This document shows, piece after piece, positions 1-13,300 of a stretch of 64,000 nucleotides of DNA. Source of the DNA: Bugula neritina (Eukaryota > Animalia > Bryozoa); assembly GCA_964035545.1 (NCBI GenBank), contig OZ037766.1, positions 15,490,722 through 15,554,721 of the forward strand. Reading direction: 5' to 3'. The position numbers were made by a program, and so were the translations under genes. Every line of letters begins with the position of its first letter. Positions within the stretch are counted from its first letter, which is position 1. The notes under the pieces were generated by a model, which was not told the DNA's origin, made no database searches, and was given only the letters and a program-made list of their open reading frames with translations.

Positions 1-3000
1 TGTCTGAATCTATCTAGGGGAAGTTTGTTATATGCACCAGGAAAATTAGTACTGTTCAGTAGAAGGGCAAAAGCTCTTATCTAAATCCGTTATGTAAAGT
101 TGAATGATGTCATAAATGCACCTTTTTGTGATTCTTACCACCCTAATTTATAAAATATATTCCGAAACATGCGTTGCAATATAGTGAATTTCTTTCATAA
201 TTTTTAAAGTAATATTCTTTATTACTCATCCAAATGCAATGCAAAAGTAAGCATTTGATTAAGTTGGTAGTATAAATATTAATAGAAAATGTGAATCATT
301 AGTGTTATGCTCCACTGCACTAATCTTTTTCCCACCTTGGTAGAAATTACCTACTACTACCACTACCACCATTCCTCCCCACTGCTACTGATACTAATGC
401 CACGACGACCACCACTGCCATAATCACTGGAATGGCTTGGAAGTTTAAACTCTGAAATTTCAAGCCATATTAGTGATTAGGCTGAGCAGTGCAGCAACTA
501 ACAATAGCATGCAATGAAAGTTGGCTATAATTAGTATAAATTTTATAGTAGTGGTAAAGTCGAAGTCAAATTTCATTTCCATGCAATCAGAAATCCCAAA
601 CCATTTCAATACATACTCGCACAAAATTCATTATAAATCAAAATTGTTTAGGCATCCAACCTTAAAACAGTATGCAAATGAAAACTGACATACATAAGAA
701 CATTTTAGTGCTGCATAAGTGAAGTGTGTCAGGGAGTCTTTAATGAAGCTCACTTGTTACAGAATTAGATGCTACAGCTGTATTTAGTAATATTCTTTTC
801 AACCAGACTCTGCAGGCAGACCATTTTCGCAAGGAAAAGGACTGTTTACTGCCGATTTGTTATGACCAGACCTTCATATTCACCATGTTAAAGACCCCCT
901 TTAGCGAATTTGTATTTATCTGATATAGCTTTGGAGTTACAGTAGTATGTAAGGCTGGCACGAAGCCCCTCCCCCTGATGCTAATTGGTGTATTTGGTGA
1001 GCGTATTGTCTTAAGAGATGCCAGTGACAGACAGTATTAAAATACTATTTACTGAACTGCTCATAAAGATAATTAATTGACTTGAAGGTTAATTAGGCAG
1101 AGCCAGTGTTATTTGCTGGCTGTTTAATGATCTGTTGATTAGTTTCCTCTATCACTCACTTGGTTCACTTGGCTCTCTGTTCTTACTCCTAGTTAGGATA
1201 GTTAACATCAATATAATTCTAGCAGGTTCAAATTCGCTATTCCCTCATTTTCTTGTTTTGAGTTAGTAGGCTGTATCCTAATTGCAGGTAAATATTATCA
1301 ACTTTTTTAATGTTGGAATGTTTAAAACTTACTCTGTTTCTTTTCAACTCTCGTTATAATTCACATATATTTTTGCTACTTTAAAGACTGGCTATTTTTG
1401 ATTGGATTTAGTACTTTTGCAAATGTTTTGTGGTTTAACAGAAGTCATATAGGGGGCATTGGTTGGCAGTCTGAATTTTGTGCTAGTTGATGATGTATTT
1501 CCACATTTCCTTAGTGTAATATGGTAATCTTAATTAATTGAACTCTCTGATCCTTATAGAGACCTGTTTGGTATCTTGTTCTGGATAGGCTCTAGTCGAT
1601 TTGACAGCTTCACTCCATAATTTATCTTTACTAGTTGCTATAAACCAGTCTGTTTTCAAGCCAGCAAGGCAAACCTAGACTAACAGATATAATTCTCTAA
1701 CGTCCATTATCTAAGGTTAATAGCAGGCTTTACTTATTCAAGCATCATATTAAGTTGTTTTGATTTTACACTGCCATTGGAGATTATCTCATGGCATGTA
1801 GAATGCTATTGGCTGCAAGTTAGAAAATACTAACCAGGGATTTTGTTAATCTCCACTCTGACAATTTGCTTTTAGCTTCTATTGAATTTCTTAACCCTAG
1901 TAAACAACAGCTGCCAGTAGTCTCTGATAAACATCTTTTCTCCAATCTTCAATATTTTATCTCATATCTTCATTATTTCACCATCACCTCAGTGAGTATG
2001 GTTATTGTTGGTTTGTGTAGACAGTTCATCTGTTTGTCTCAGATAAATAATACCTGTATTTGTGTGCAATGTGATTCAGCATTCATCTCATTAAGAATTA
2101 AAGTGTAAATTGCTAATTAATTAAATTGGATAAATCACTACTAAATGGTAGAGTGATTTATCCATTATCTGTAATACAATTAGTGTGATAGCAGCAACCT
2201 ATTCATTTATATAGTAGGCTGCTTGTAGTTCCAAAAGTTAAATAACTAAATTATAACTGACTTGGCTTACTTTTACAAAAAAGCTTAATTTTTGTAAAAG
2301 GTATTTAAGGTTAAGATCTTATTGACTGTTTCAAATATAAGATTACTTTTCATCAAAATATCAAGGGATGTTGTTTTATTTTCCAGACCTACCCTTTACT
2401 GTTATTATATTTTGGCGATGAGAATCATTGAGTGTATGCAAGTGAAACTTTTCTCAATGAGTTTAAATCTGCTGTTATTTCTCTCTTTGCACTACGTGAC
2501 CAGGCAGTCTGTTGTTCCAATTGCTGTATTGTTTCTACTTGGAGTTTAAATAAATGTGACAGCCTTTGTTGGGAGATTGAATAGAGGTGTGCACCTCTAA
2601 GTCCATTGAGTACACTGCAGTTTGTTTTTCAACTTGCAGTTGCAGGATAGAAACAGTATAACTCTCTTGTATTATTTATATTAAATTCTACTCAGATTAT
2701 TTGTCTGCTGCTCTTGTCACTTGGTAAGTCAGATTATTGTTCAATTTTAATATAAAATTTGTTAGTCAAACTTTGTTATGATATGCAGATAGCTGTTAGT
2801 TCAGTTCTATGCTTTAAACTTTCAAATGATATTCCGTACAAGTTTCAACCGTATCATTACATGCATTCTTTTTATACATGTAGTTTTTTCCAATCAGCTT
2901 GAATTTGGTCCTCTAGTAATTGCCATATAAAATATAAATTTCTATGTTTTGAGATGTTTTGCTGTGCAAGTTAGGTTGTGTAGTGATGAAGATTGTGGTT

Positions 3001-4344
3001 GAATATATTGTGTGCAATTGCAACATTACTCTATCTATTTAGTATTTTATAGTCAAGTTTAGTTGGTCTCCTGGTTTAGGTGGTCTACTGAACAGGCCTG
3101 TTTGGATTAGTGTTCGTTCCATGCTTTCTGAGAGTCTTGTACAAGTGATAGTAAGCAAGTGAATGTTTGAGGGCAAATCTCTCAGTTCTTGTTACTTAAC
3201 TTGGTATTGTATTGTTTTATTATTATGCTCAGTGCTGGTCTATAGTTTATAACAATAGTTTCAGAATTATGCTAAAGAAGTTAATTTTAGACACTTGAGC
3301 TTATGCAGTATGGATATTGTCACCATTTGTAAGTTGTCCTTGAAATGTTTTTCAGGATCAATAAGTAACCCTGGCAGGAATATATTAAATCTAAGAAATA
3401 AGGAAATGCGTGGTTGTACAACTTAATGACTGAAATATATACATCAACTATAAAGTCAATTGTATATAAGTGTGCGTTTACGTACCATCTCAACCTGCCC
3501 TACTTCAAACTATCATTTTCCTATAACTATTTGACACTAGGTCATACTAGTTCAGCAAAAGTTGTAGTATGCCATATGTGTTGTGATCTTCTTAAATTGA
3601 GGTTCCAACTTCCAAAAAATTGTAAAATATTCAGATTTCAGGGAAGAAAAGGAACCTTGTTGCTGGGCTACTATTTTTAGTAACGCCAACTTAATATTTG
3701 AAAAATGTTCCCGGAATCTTCCACCGGTTTATTTTTTAGTTTGTAGTGATAGTCAATTTATAAATTGTATAAATGGCACATCTGCTATCTCCTTCCTATC
3801 TAGATTAGTCTCCATGACCAAATTTAGGTCTATTGTATTTCTGTACACTCTGATAGTTGCTGCGTTGATAAATTAGATAAAGAGATAAGGCAGCAGCAAG
3901 TCATGAAATTTAAATGTCTGTCACCAAATCCTTACTTTGCATAACTCCCTCCCTGCTGTTTGAAATCAGGTTTTAATATATTCAATGGCCCTTGCATGTA
4001 GTTTGGTTGAATGTGCTTTGCCCTTTGAATAGCAGCTCCTCTGTTTAATATTCTTCATTCATACATCACTTACCTTGATACCAGTTATAATTATTAGGTT
4101 GGAGTTCCATCAGAATTTTATTCCATAGTAAGATTCTATTTACTAGGAAAATTAGCACCTAGTTTAACTATATTTAAATTTATCTATTGATAATAGAAAT
4201 TTAATATTTAGGCTATACTGAGACCATGAAACCTACACTAACTGAAAGCTCATGTGTAGCACCTCAGTTACCAAAGTACTATAACTTAGCCGTGATATTC
4301 TTTTAAAAGTTAGATTGCTTTGCCTTGAAGGTTGATGCAGGGCA

Positions 4345-7300
4345 ATGCCTGGATCTACAACTGACACAGACCCCACAACAACTGCTGCTGCTGCCACTGA
4401 TGCTGCCGAAATGAGTCACCAAATGGATGTCAAACTGCAGGCAGCTCTTCAAGAAATGGATGAAATCATGAAAGGTAAGGCTGGTTGGGGCGTTTGTTTT
4501 GAGTAGAGTGTGTGCAATTGTTACTAGCTAATTAAAATAAAATAAATTGTAGTTGTAGCAATACAGCTGTTAGACAGTGATTTATATTAAAAATAAATTG
4601 AAATAGTGAAATCCATGGTAGTTAAGTGCACCCAGTTTTGGAAACAATACAGCAGACTAGTATTATGTAATGGCCACAGCCACTCAGTGAGTACTCACTA
4701 GTCTGCGTTGAGACAATCAGGTAGAAATTATGACAAGTTATATAAGCCTGCTTGTAGACCTGAACATGGGCTAACTCGGTGTGAATAATTAACATAAATA
4801 ATAGCCACAGTGGAGCCTATGATTGATCCTGTGGTGTATTATTAGGGGCTGTTACCTCGGTAACGGCACATTACTGTAATACTAAGTAACTAGCTTTATT
4901 ATAATAGTGTGTAGGAGTTGTATTCTCAATACTGCACAATATCACTTGTGTATTAGCAACATTTACTTTTATTACAATCGTCAGTTTTAACAAAGTTGAG
5001 AAAGTGTAACAAAAACATTAGCTGCAGCTCAAGTGTAAAAAAATTGGTAAAAACTAATTGTATGCTGTAATATATAGCACATTTGCCTAAGTGTCAACAT
5101 ATAACATGATTATTTTTAGTAATTCCTACTATAATAGATGGTGCTTCAGCTTTTACTTTTCTTTTTATGACTGCAGCTTATAAAGATATGAAGTTGCTTT
5201 TTATAATGTATATCTGTTATTTCTGGTAGCTATCTCATACTTGCACATTTTATAAACTATTGTAATATTTTCATAACACAATTACACACAATTACATGAA
5301 TATTAGCTGACTAGTAGTTGCACTGTGAAGTAATTAAACAGCTCTTTATTCCAGCTGTGAGGTTAATTATTAGCTTTGCAAATGTTGTGAGAGTTAGTAT
5401 TGGTTTTATTCACATCTCACTTCGCTGACTTCTCACTTGTTCTGATGTTTCACCCGGCAGCTTGTAAGTATTGACTGTAGTCCTCCTGTCATCTCTTCTA
5501 AACTCTCTAATTAATCGTCAGAAGTAACCAACCCACTGTGTATTATATAATGTTGTGTAACCTTCTACCTCATGTTATATCTATTGTGCTCCTATACGTC
5601 CTGTGTGCTCTTCATTCTGCTGCTAAGTTGCATGTATTGTGCTGTAGTGTTGCATGTACTGTGTTGTAGTGTTGCATGTATTGCGTTGTAGTGTTGCATG
5701 TATTGCGTTATAGTGTTGTCTGTATTGAGTTGTAGTGTTGTCTGTATTGAGTTGTAGTGTTGTCTGTATTGAGTTGTAGTGTTGTCTGTATTGAGTTGTA
5801 GTGTTGTGTGTATTGAGTTACAAGTATTATTGCCTTGTTTGTTGTTACTGAACTGTGCACTCACAACACAGTAACAAGTTTCTCTGCATTATATATACAC
5901 AGCAATATAATACTACATGTATAAAGCATGAAAACTTTCAAGTTTCGGATTTTTACAGTTTTTTTAAACTTCATAAATTTCAGATAGTTATATATTTTTT
6001 CTAAATTATGGTATTATTTCTTCTTTTCAAACTCTTGACAATTTTTATACTCTGAACTCAATTTGCTAAGCTTAATGAAAACATCTTTCAATTGTTTTAA
6101 CTAAAAAATAAACAAAATAATTTTAACACTACCGCAGTTTATATTCTTCCTGTGGGATAACATTATACTTTGTTTCAATGTGTATTTTAATGCTGCATGT
6201 GATATTTTAGGAGATTGTCTGCACTGTCAGTTAAACAGATGCTAGTTTCTGAAATCTGCATTGTGAAAAGCTATTGTAGTAGCATTTTGGGCCCCATATT
6301 AAGTGCAGGAACTCTGCAATGGTGTCTGGCCATTAACTTGTTCATCTGTGCATTATGGCTAGAGTAATTAAATGCTAGAGCTTTTACACTGCTTACTTCT
6401 ACCCCTCTCTTGTGCATAAATTATAATCTTTAGGGTTCCTTCAAGGGTCTGTTTTTTAGTTATTCAAAGTTATTTTTTGTTTTTGTAGTTGGCTAATCAA
6501 CATGATAGGGTAGGCGGTGGGTGGAGTGGGTTTTGTCATTTGTTCGCATCTAATTGATTTGAACATCACGTTCTGATTACACCTTAGAGCTTTTTTTTAT
6601 AGAAGTTGAGTGATTATCTTTATGTAGCTAGATGAACTAGGAGTTAAGTTGTCAGACTCCGTAGTAGGAGCAGGTGGTCAAGCAAGTAATCCCAAGTTAA
6701 TTCTTTAAAGCTCGGGTCTTACCACATTGCTCACTATATCATAGTTTAACTAGATATGAGTCAATGCATTGCAAGAGTCATGTAAACTCTTGATGTTTGA
6801 ACAAAAATATAGCGTTTTCAACCCACAAGTAGTACTAACGGCCCATTTTTTCCCAAATACCTACGTCATTCACTAAACCCATTGTTTCTGTGCCATTTTC
6901 ATATAGACCTAGGCATCATAGCATTTTTACTATTGAGTAGACAGCTTATGTGTAGATTTTGTCCTATAGCCTTACCATATATCAATAAGCCGCCATGGTA
7001 CAGTGGTTAAAGCACTGGTCTAGTTAACCCCCTAGACACACTTTGTCGCACAGCAGACCATAACGTTAAATATCAGCCATTTTTAATGTGCCCAAACCCA
7101 AAAACCTCTCCTATGAGGGAACTCCTCAGCCCTATCAAACATCCTTGTAAAGGTTCTTACAGGGATGGAAACTTCAAAACAAATGGGAGTTGTTTTACCG
7201 GTATAATAACTGATCTGCATGTATCTCTATTGTATGTTTTCTCTTTCCCAGATAGTTTTGACAGCACAGATCAGGATGAGGGTTATTACAGGCAAGTGAA

Positions 7301-10300
7301 GCAACATTCTGATGAGTTAGCCAGAAATCTTAGAAACTGTAGCAATGCACAGAGAGCCTTAGAAAGTCTCTCCATCTCCAATCTTTCATTCCTCAGATCT
7401 TGGCTAATCACAGCTGACAGGAGCAGCATGTCTACACACGGAAGCAATGGAGAGGTGGGTGGCGTTTGTTATATGGTAGTAATGGTTCAGTTAAAGTACA
7501 ATGAAACCATTACTATAGTATATATTGTAGGGGGATAACTTACAGCTGATAAAATAAGGAGGAGTAGTTAGCCTGTAGTACACTGGATAATTAGAGTAGA
7601 CAACTTTGTGGAATAATGGTGATGTTGATCTTTTTAGTTCTATAGGCTAAATATTAATTACACCAAAGACCTTGTCGTACCAGACTATTTAGGCTAACAC
7701 TATTTTTAGCAATTTTTTAAAACATCATTTAAAGTGAAGGACTGTGTATACTAAGAGTAGACAATTCTAATTAATGTTTTATTCTAAGGGTAGACAACTC
7801 TATGTGTATACTTTGAGTAGATAACTCTGATAGTATATTATACCTTTGAGTAATTCAATGAGCACCTTTGCTATCTTGTCTCTAGTATAGAAGGGCATCA
7901 AAGCCCAAAATAACACACCTTATATGATTTTATCTCTCGAGATGCGTAGAATTATTGTATGGTTTACTGCACAACCTGCAGGTTACAGTTAGTTAAACTA
8001 ACTTTGATTTTGGTGAGACTCAGCATATCTGTTACGTGTTTACGACTATGCTAGATTATGCTATAGTTTCATATCTTATATATGATTCCACATAACAGCT
8101 TTACATGATGCAATAGTTCTCACTAATCTACATGTCTATTTGGTTTATCTCACCTCCACTAAGTTTTATAAACTCCAGGCTTCCCAACTTTGCCTTATAG
8201 AATATAAAGTCATGATGGGTGCTGGACACCTGCTTGTAGAATAATCTTGCCATATATTCTAAAGGACTACAGTGCACTTGACTTGTCATGTCAAATATGG
8301 AGATAGAATTCAATTTATCATTTTCTGACAGCCATATTAGACTAGTTTGTGTTTAAACTGGTGTTTTGCTATTTAAAGAACACTGGCAACTCCCAGTCCT
8401 TTTAGTTTGTTAAAAAGGCAATAACAAGTGAAGAGGTAATTAACTATTACAGCTAAGGCTATAGGAGCCATGGGACTTGCTATTCCTTTGTAGCAGTATC
8501 ACTTGATCACACTTTCTGTTAAGACGTTAGTTTAGATAGCAGCTGGGCTCAGTAGCTCTTAGTATGACTGCAGCTGATAGATTTGCATTGTAACGCATCT
8601 CGTACATCTATCTGCATACTCTTCTATAAACTTCTTCTACATGCTATCATACAGCTGCTCTGTACCACCAACATTACCTGAAGAGTTATTGGAAAGGTTA
8701 GTTGTAATTGAATTTCGCTTCATTAGGTAATTTCTTGCTCTTTTTCATAGCTGCAACGAGATAGGATAACGTGTAGTAGTAATAGTGGTTTAGGCCCACC
8801 TGGCGCTATTCATCTGGGCTTCTTGCTATTATGTTGAAGTGGAATTATTTAATTTATTTACTGTGCAATGCCAGCATTGAGAACTAATCATGTACAACTC
8901 ATTTGATGCGTGAACCACCAAGTGGTTGCAGTGTACACCTAGCACGCATGTAGTAAGCACTCAACCAGAGAATGTTGACCTATGAGAAAGCCTCCTTTCT
9001 CTAGCCAGGTAGGCTTACTTGTAATTTGATCAGAACCAGCTCTAGCTTTATTTGTCTAGCTTAAGAGTCTTTATATTTATAGTTTTTCTACTACTATAGT
9101 TTTTCTACCCAAGTTTCTTGGGCACAGGATGGGTTTTTGATTAGGTCTGTGCAAATAGCATTGCGTAGGATTTAGTTGTAAGTTTTGTCTCTCAAGTGTT
9201 TGATTGTCAGTATTCCGCTGCGCCTCGTCTTTGTTAGTTGATAAAATGATTTCGGCTAAGACGACTTGTGTCGCTGGAGAAATAATGAGACATGAATGTA
9301 GTTCATTAACTGCAGGATTGCTATCACCCAGATTGACTTCACGGCGAAGGGTTAAGTGTGCTACTGAATAATGAATTTTATGAGTTTATGTTTTCATAAG
9401 TGTAGCGGAATGTAGGGTAAAGTATGCATATTATATACTATATAGTATATGTTAATGTATAGTTTACATATAAATATAATTAAATATAATTATAATATAG
9501 TATGTGTGTAGTATTCATAATTATGATGTAATAAACGATTAATATAGTTATACTATGTATAGAGTGTACACATAATATAATATATGCATAAGATAATACA
9601 CATAATATAGTAGACAGTGTGTTTGTCTCAAACACCCTCTGATTTGTTCACGCATAAAATATGTCTTCATTGAAGTTGTTTGTAATAGGAGAAGCGTATT
9701 AATGATGTGTAATACTGTATAGTACAGCACTAAACAAAAAATCATGTAAATTATACTGTTCATTGATCCTCAACAGCATTCCTCTAGTGAATTCTCACTT
9801 TCTCTGTAAACTGATACCAAGCTGGTGGTGGTGTCTACACATTTCTTACAGGCTATTGATGGTTCTCCTTGTCATGCTATTTTAGGCTGCTTTCGTGCAT
9901 TGCATCAATTATATATGTTCTGTTTGACACTTGAACTAGCAGCACGCGATCTATCCATGTTAATTGTCATTTCTTGGTATGAGAGTTGAAATAATGTAGT
10001 TGTATGTTTAGATGAATATTGGGTATAATGGTGGACAGTTTAGTGACGAGACTGGATATTCATCAAGTAACCACAGTTCTTCCTCCACAGCAGACATGAA
10101 GCAATTAGAAGTAGACAATGATAACCTGAAGGTGGGTGTGTTAAGCCATGGTGCCACTAGGTAGATTCCACTTAAAAAGTTAGCTATCAGTGTAATGTGT
10201 CTTGTGAGTTTATATTCATGCTTAGTTAACTTTGTTGGAGTAATTGATAGTTTTACTCAGTTGCTATATATTATGTATTTCAATCAATAATTTCAAATAA

Positions 10301-13300
10301 GGAAACTACGTAAGTTTTTTAACATATATATGATTAAGAACTGAGTAAGTGTTCTGGGTAAGGGAGGGGGTGTAAAACATTCACACAGTAACTTTGTTTT
10401 CCTTGTTTCCTTTTTGGTATGAAACTGCCTTCTATAGAAGATAGTAGTACTCGTGTCTACATGTTCTCCTATTATATTAATAACATGGAAATGTCCACAA
10501 CGTTCCTCAAATGAGTTATGTGAGATTTAATTTATTGCTTCCCTTATGCCTGGAAAATGGCATTTAATTTTACAAAATTCATGAGGTGACTGCAGTTATA
10601 ATTCCGACAGCCATTGTGAATAGTGGAATTGCTGCAGGCTGGCACATTGTTTGCGTAGTTGTGTAGCACCAGGTGTGTTTAAAAGAGAGTTTTATTGAGT
10701 TTTCAGGTAATTCTACACACATGGTGCTAAGTGGATGAACCATCTTTAGAAAATGTTTGCATTTTATTCAATTAGCAATACAACAATATGATACTATTAG
10801 ACATTTCCTTAGTAGGGTTATGCAAGTGGTACTGGGGGTAAATAAACATTTAGCATACAAAGGGGCTGTGAGGGTAAAGTACATAATAGAGTACATAATA
10901 TTAACTTAGCCAACTGAATTTTTAAAGAAATACTTGTCACTTGGACTTGACTGCAATGCTCGGTGTGGTTGTTTCCTTTTAGCCAGTTATGTTTACGTTA
11001 TCCTAAAAATTGAAGTATGTAGATGGTCATCAATGAAAATATGTGAACATAATTTTCACTTGTAGTTCTCTAATTTTAAAGGATAAAAACATTAAACAAA
11101 AGTTACACTTTTGAAAGATTATATTATTCCTAAACAGCTGATGAAGTTTTATATAAATTGTAAATATCTTATGGATTTTCTGTGTGACATATCAGTTCTA
11201 CTTCTATGTATTTTTAGTCCATTTGTTTTAATTAATTTTAATTAAAATACCTCTAAGTAATTACTATTTGTTGCTATTTGAATTTAAATGCATAAAATCA
11301 TAAATTAACCAAGCTTCCCTTTGCTCAAGCATTTAGAAAGAAACTGACATATGATTTATTAAACTTCTGCAGAAGCAAGTGAGATCTCTGCAGTCGCAAG
11401 TGCAGGAGAGTAGAGGTCAACTTAAGGTCATGGAGACAAGATTTGCTAACACTAATGAGAAACTCATCAAAGCAGAAGAGCGGCTGCACAAGGTATTCTT
11501 CCACTTATTATATGCTACCAGCATTTCCTATTGTTAATACCCAGCTTATCGCAGCATTCCAAGTTATATATTTTAGTGATATAGTTGATTGTTGGAGTTA
11601 TGCTATCTTGATTCAATTTTTAATCCATACAGCCAGTACAGCGTTCTGTACAGTGTTCCACACAGTTGAGAAGATCTTATTTGACACTAGTTATGTTAAC
11701 TTTTATTGGCATTGGGTTGTGGCTTTATAACTTCTGAGTTTACAAGAAATTATAAGTTGTATACTAGAGTTATAGCTAAGATTGCACCAATGTATATATC
11801 TCTCTCTTCATCCCTCTAGATTTCCAGTATATTCGTAGGCTTATCTATTTGTGTTTAATTTATTAACTTCCTCAATTGTGTACTGTACTAGCCCTATTAT
11901 CAATTGAGTTCACCTTGCTGAGGTAGGTAGCAGGTAGTAGTAGGTATTTCAAGGGTTTGTTAAGTTGGACAGTTTAGCAGTTATCTCCTCTGGTTCTCAG
12001 TTTAACTGTTGCAGATACTATAAGCTAATGCTCACTTCAGTTCAACTATTGATAAAAATGTTTTGACCTGACATTAACAAAGGACTCCGATAAGGCTTGA
12101 GCCAAAGTCTAAAGGGTTTGCAGTGTCTATTTAGTCATTAATAGCCTGTGCTGCTACACTTGGCAATACTAGTCTATAGAGAGAGCATTATAACTTGATA
12201 ACATAGACTGTGGCCTCTCCTAGATAACGTATAAAGGTGCACTGTGTAGCTTAGCACTAAGTAAACTTATTTACACAATCTCTAGAGCTAAGCAAATAAT
12301 CTTTTGCAAGACTAGATACTGGAGTTTAGGAAAGTAAACAGTCAAAACTTTATTGTAAACTTTCAACAGTTATCACACCATCCTGTAGATTTGTGTGTAA
12401 GTAGTGTCAAGTTTACCATCAGTCACTTTCAACATTGCCGAATTCAAAAGTATTTTATACTAGAATATAAACTGCACATGTTGAAGATGTATTTACCTAA
12501 TGGCAGTCTAATGTGTGTAGAATTAACATCAGTTTGACTTGACAGAAAATAAATTGTCATATTTGAGTTTAAACCTGTTAAAGCTTAACCCTTTCAATTC
12601 CTAGTTTCATTTTTAACTCATTTGAGTTTCACAAGGTATTAGAAAACTTTCTCAAGTGACAAGTTCCATTTATGAACCACAGCTGTCTGCTGATGTTTTA
12701 CATCTTCTGTTTTGCATGTAACAGTAATAATTCAACACTTTGATTTCTTGACATCTTTTAAATGTGACTTGATTTCTGTAACAGTTGATAATATTTCCGA
12801 TGGGTAGATATTTCATGTGTCATTTCAACTCATAAAACTACCCTGAGAGCTGTCAAATAATTTACTGTGATTTCCCCTCTACTCTGATTGGTCAACGAAT
12901 GCTGTGAATGATGTCATTATTATCACTTTGATTATTGTAATGTACACTCCTGACCTTCTATTATTATGAAGTGAGAGTATTGAGTACTCGACTATTCTCT
13001 TAGTGAGTTATCATAACATTGCAGTAAGTATTACACTCTGATAAATAACTGAAAAGCTATTGTTGTATATAATTGTGTAGACTCCTTTCAAGCTTTTATG
13101 TTACGTTACAATACTAATTAAGCATGAATGTGGACAGTGGCTGTCGGCGTCTCACTTCTCAGTTCTGCCACATTGTTATTATTATAGTAAATAGTGAATA
13201 ATTATACCTGCCCTCTCAGAACCTGCTCATTCTCACAGCTTACTTGATTTTCTAAACACTCAGTTCTAAGAGTTGTTTTTGAGACTGGCACTAGTAAATA

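Noticed and set aside
1866-3680. Short ORFs upstream of liprin-beta, and most other 60-100 aa intronic or intergenic ORFs in the track
   Set aside because: Many have non-ATG starts, AT-biased composition, no motifs and no coherent splice structure
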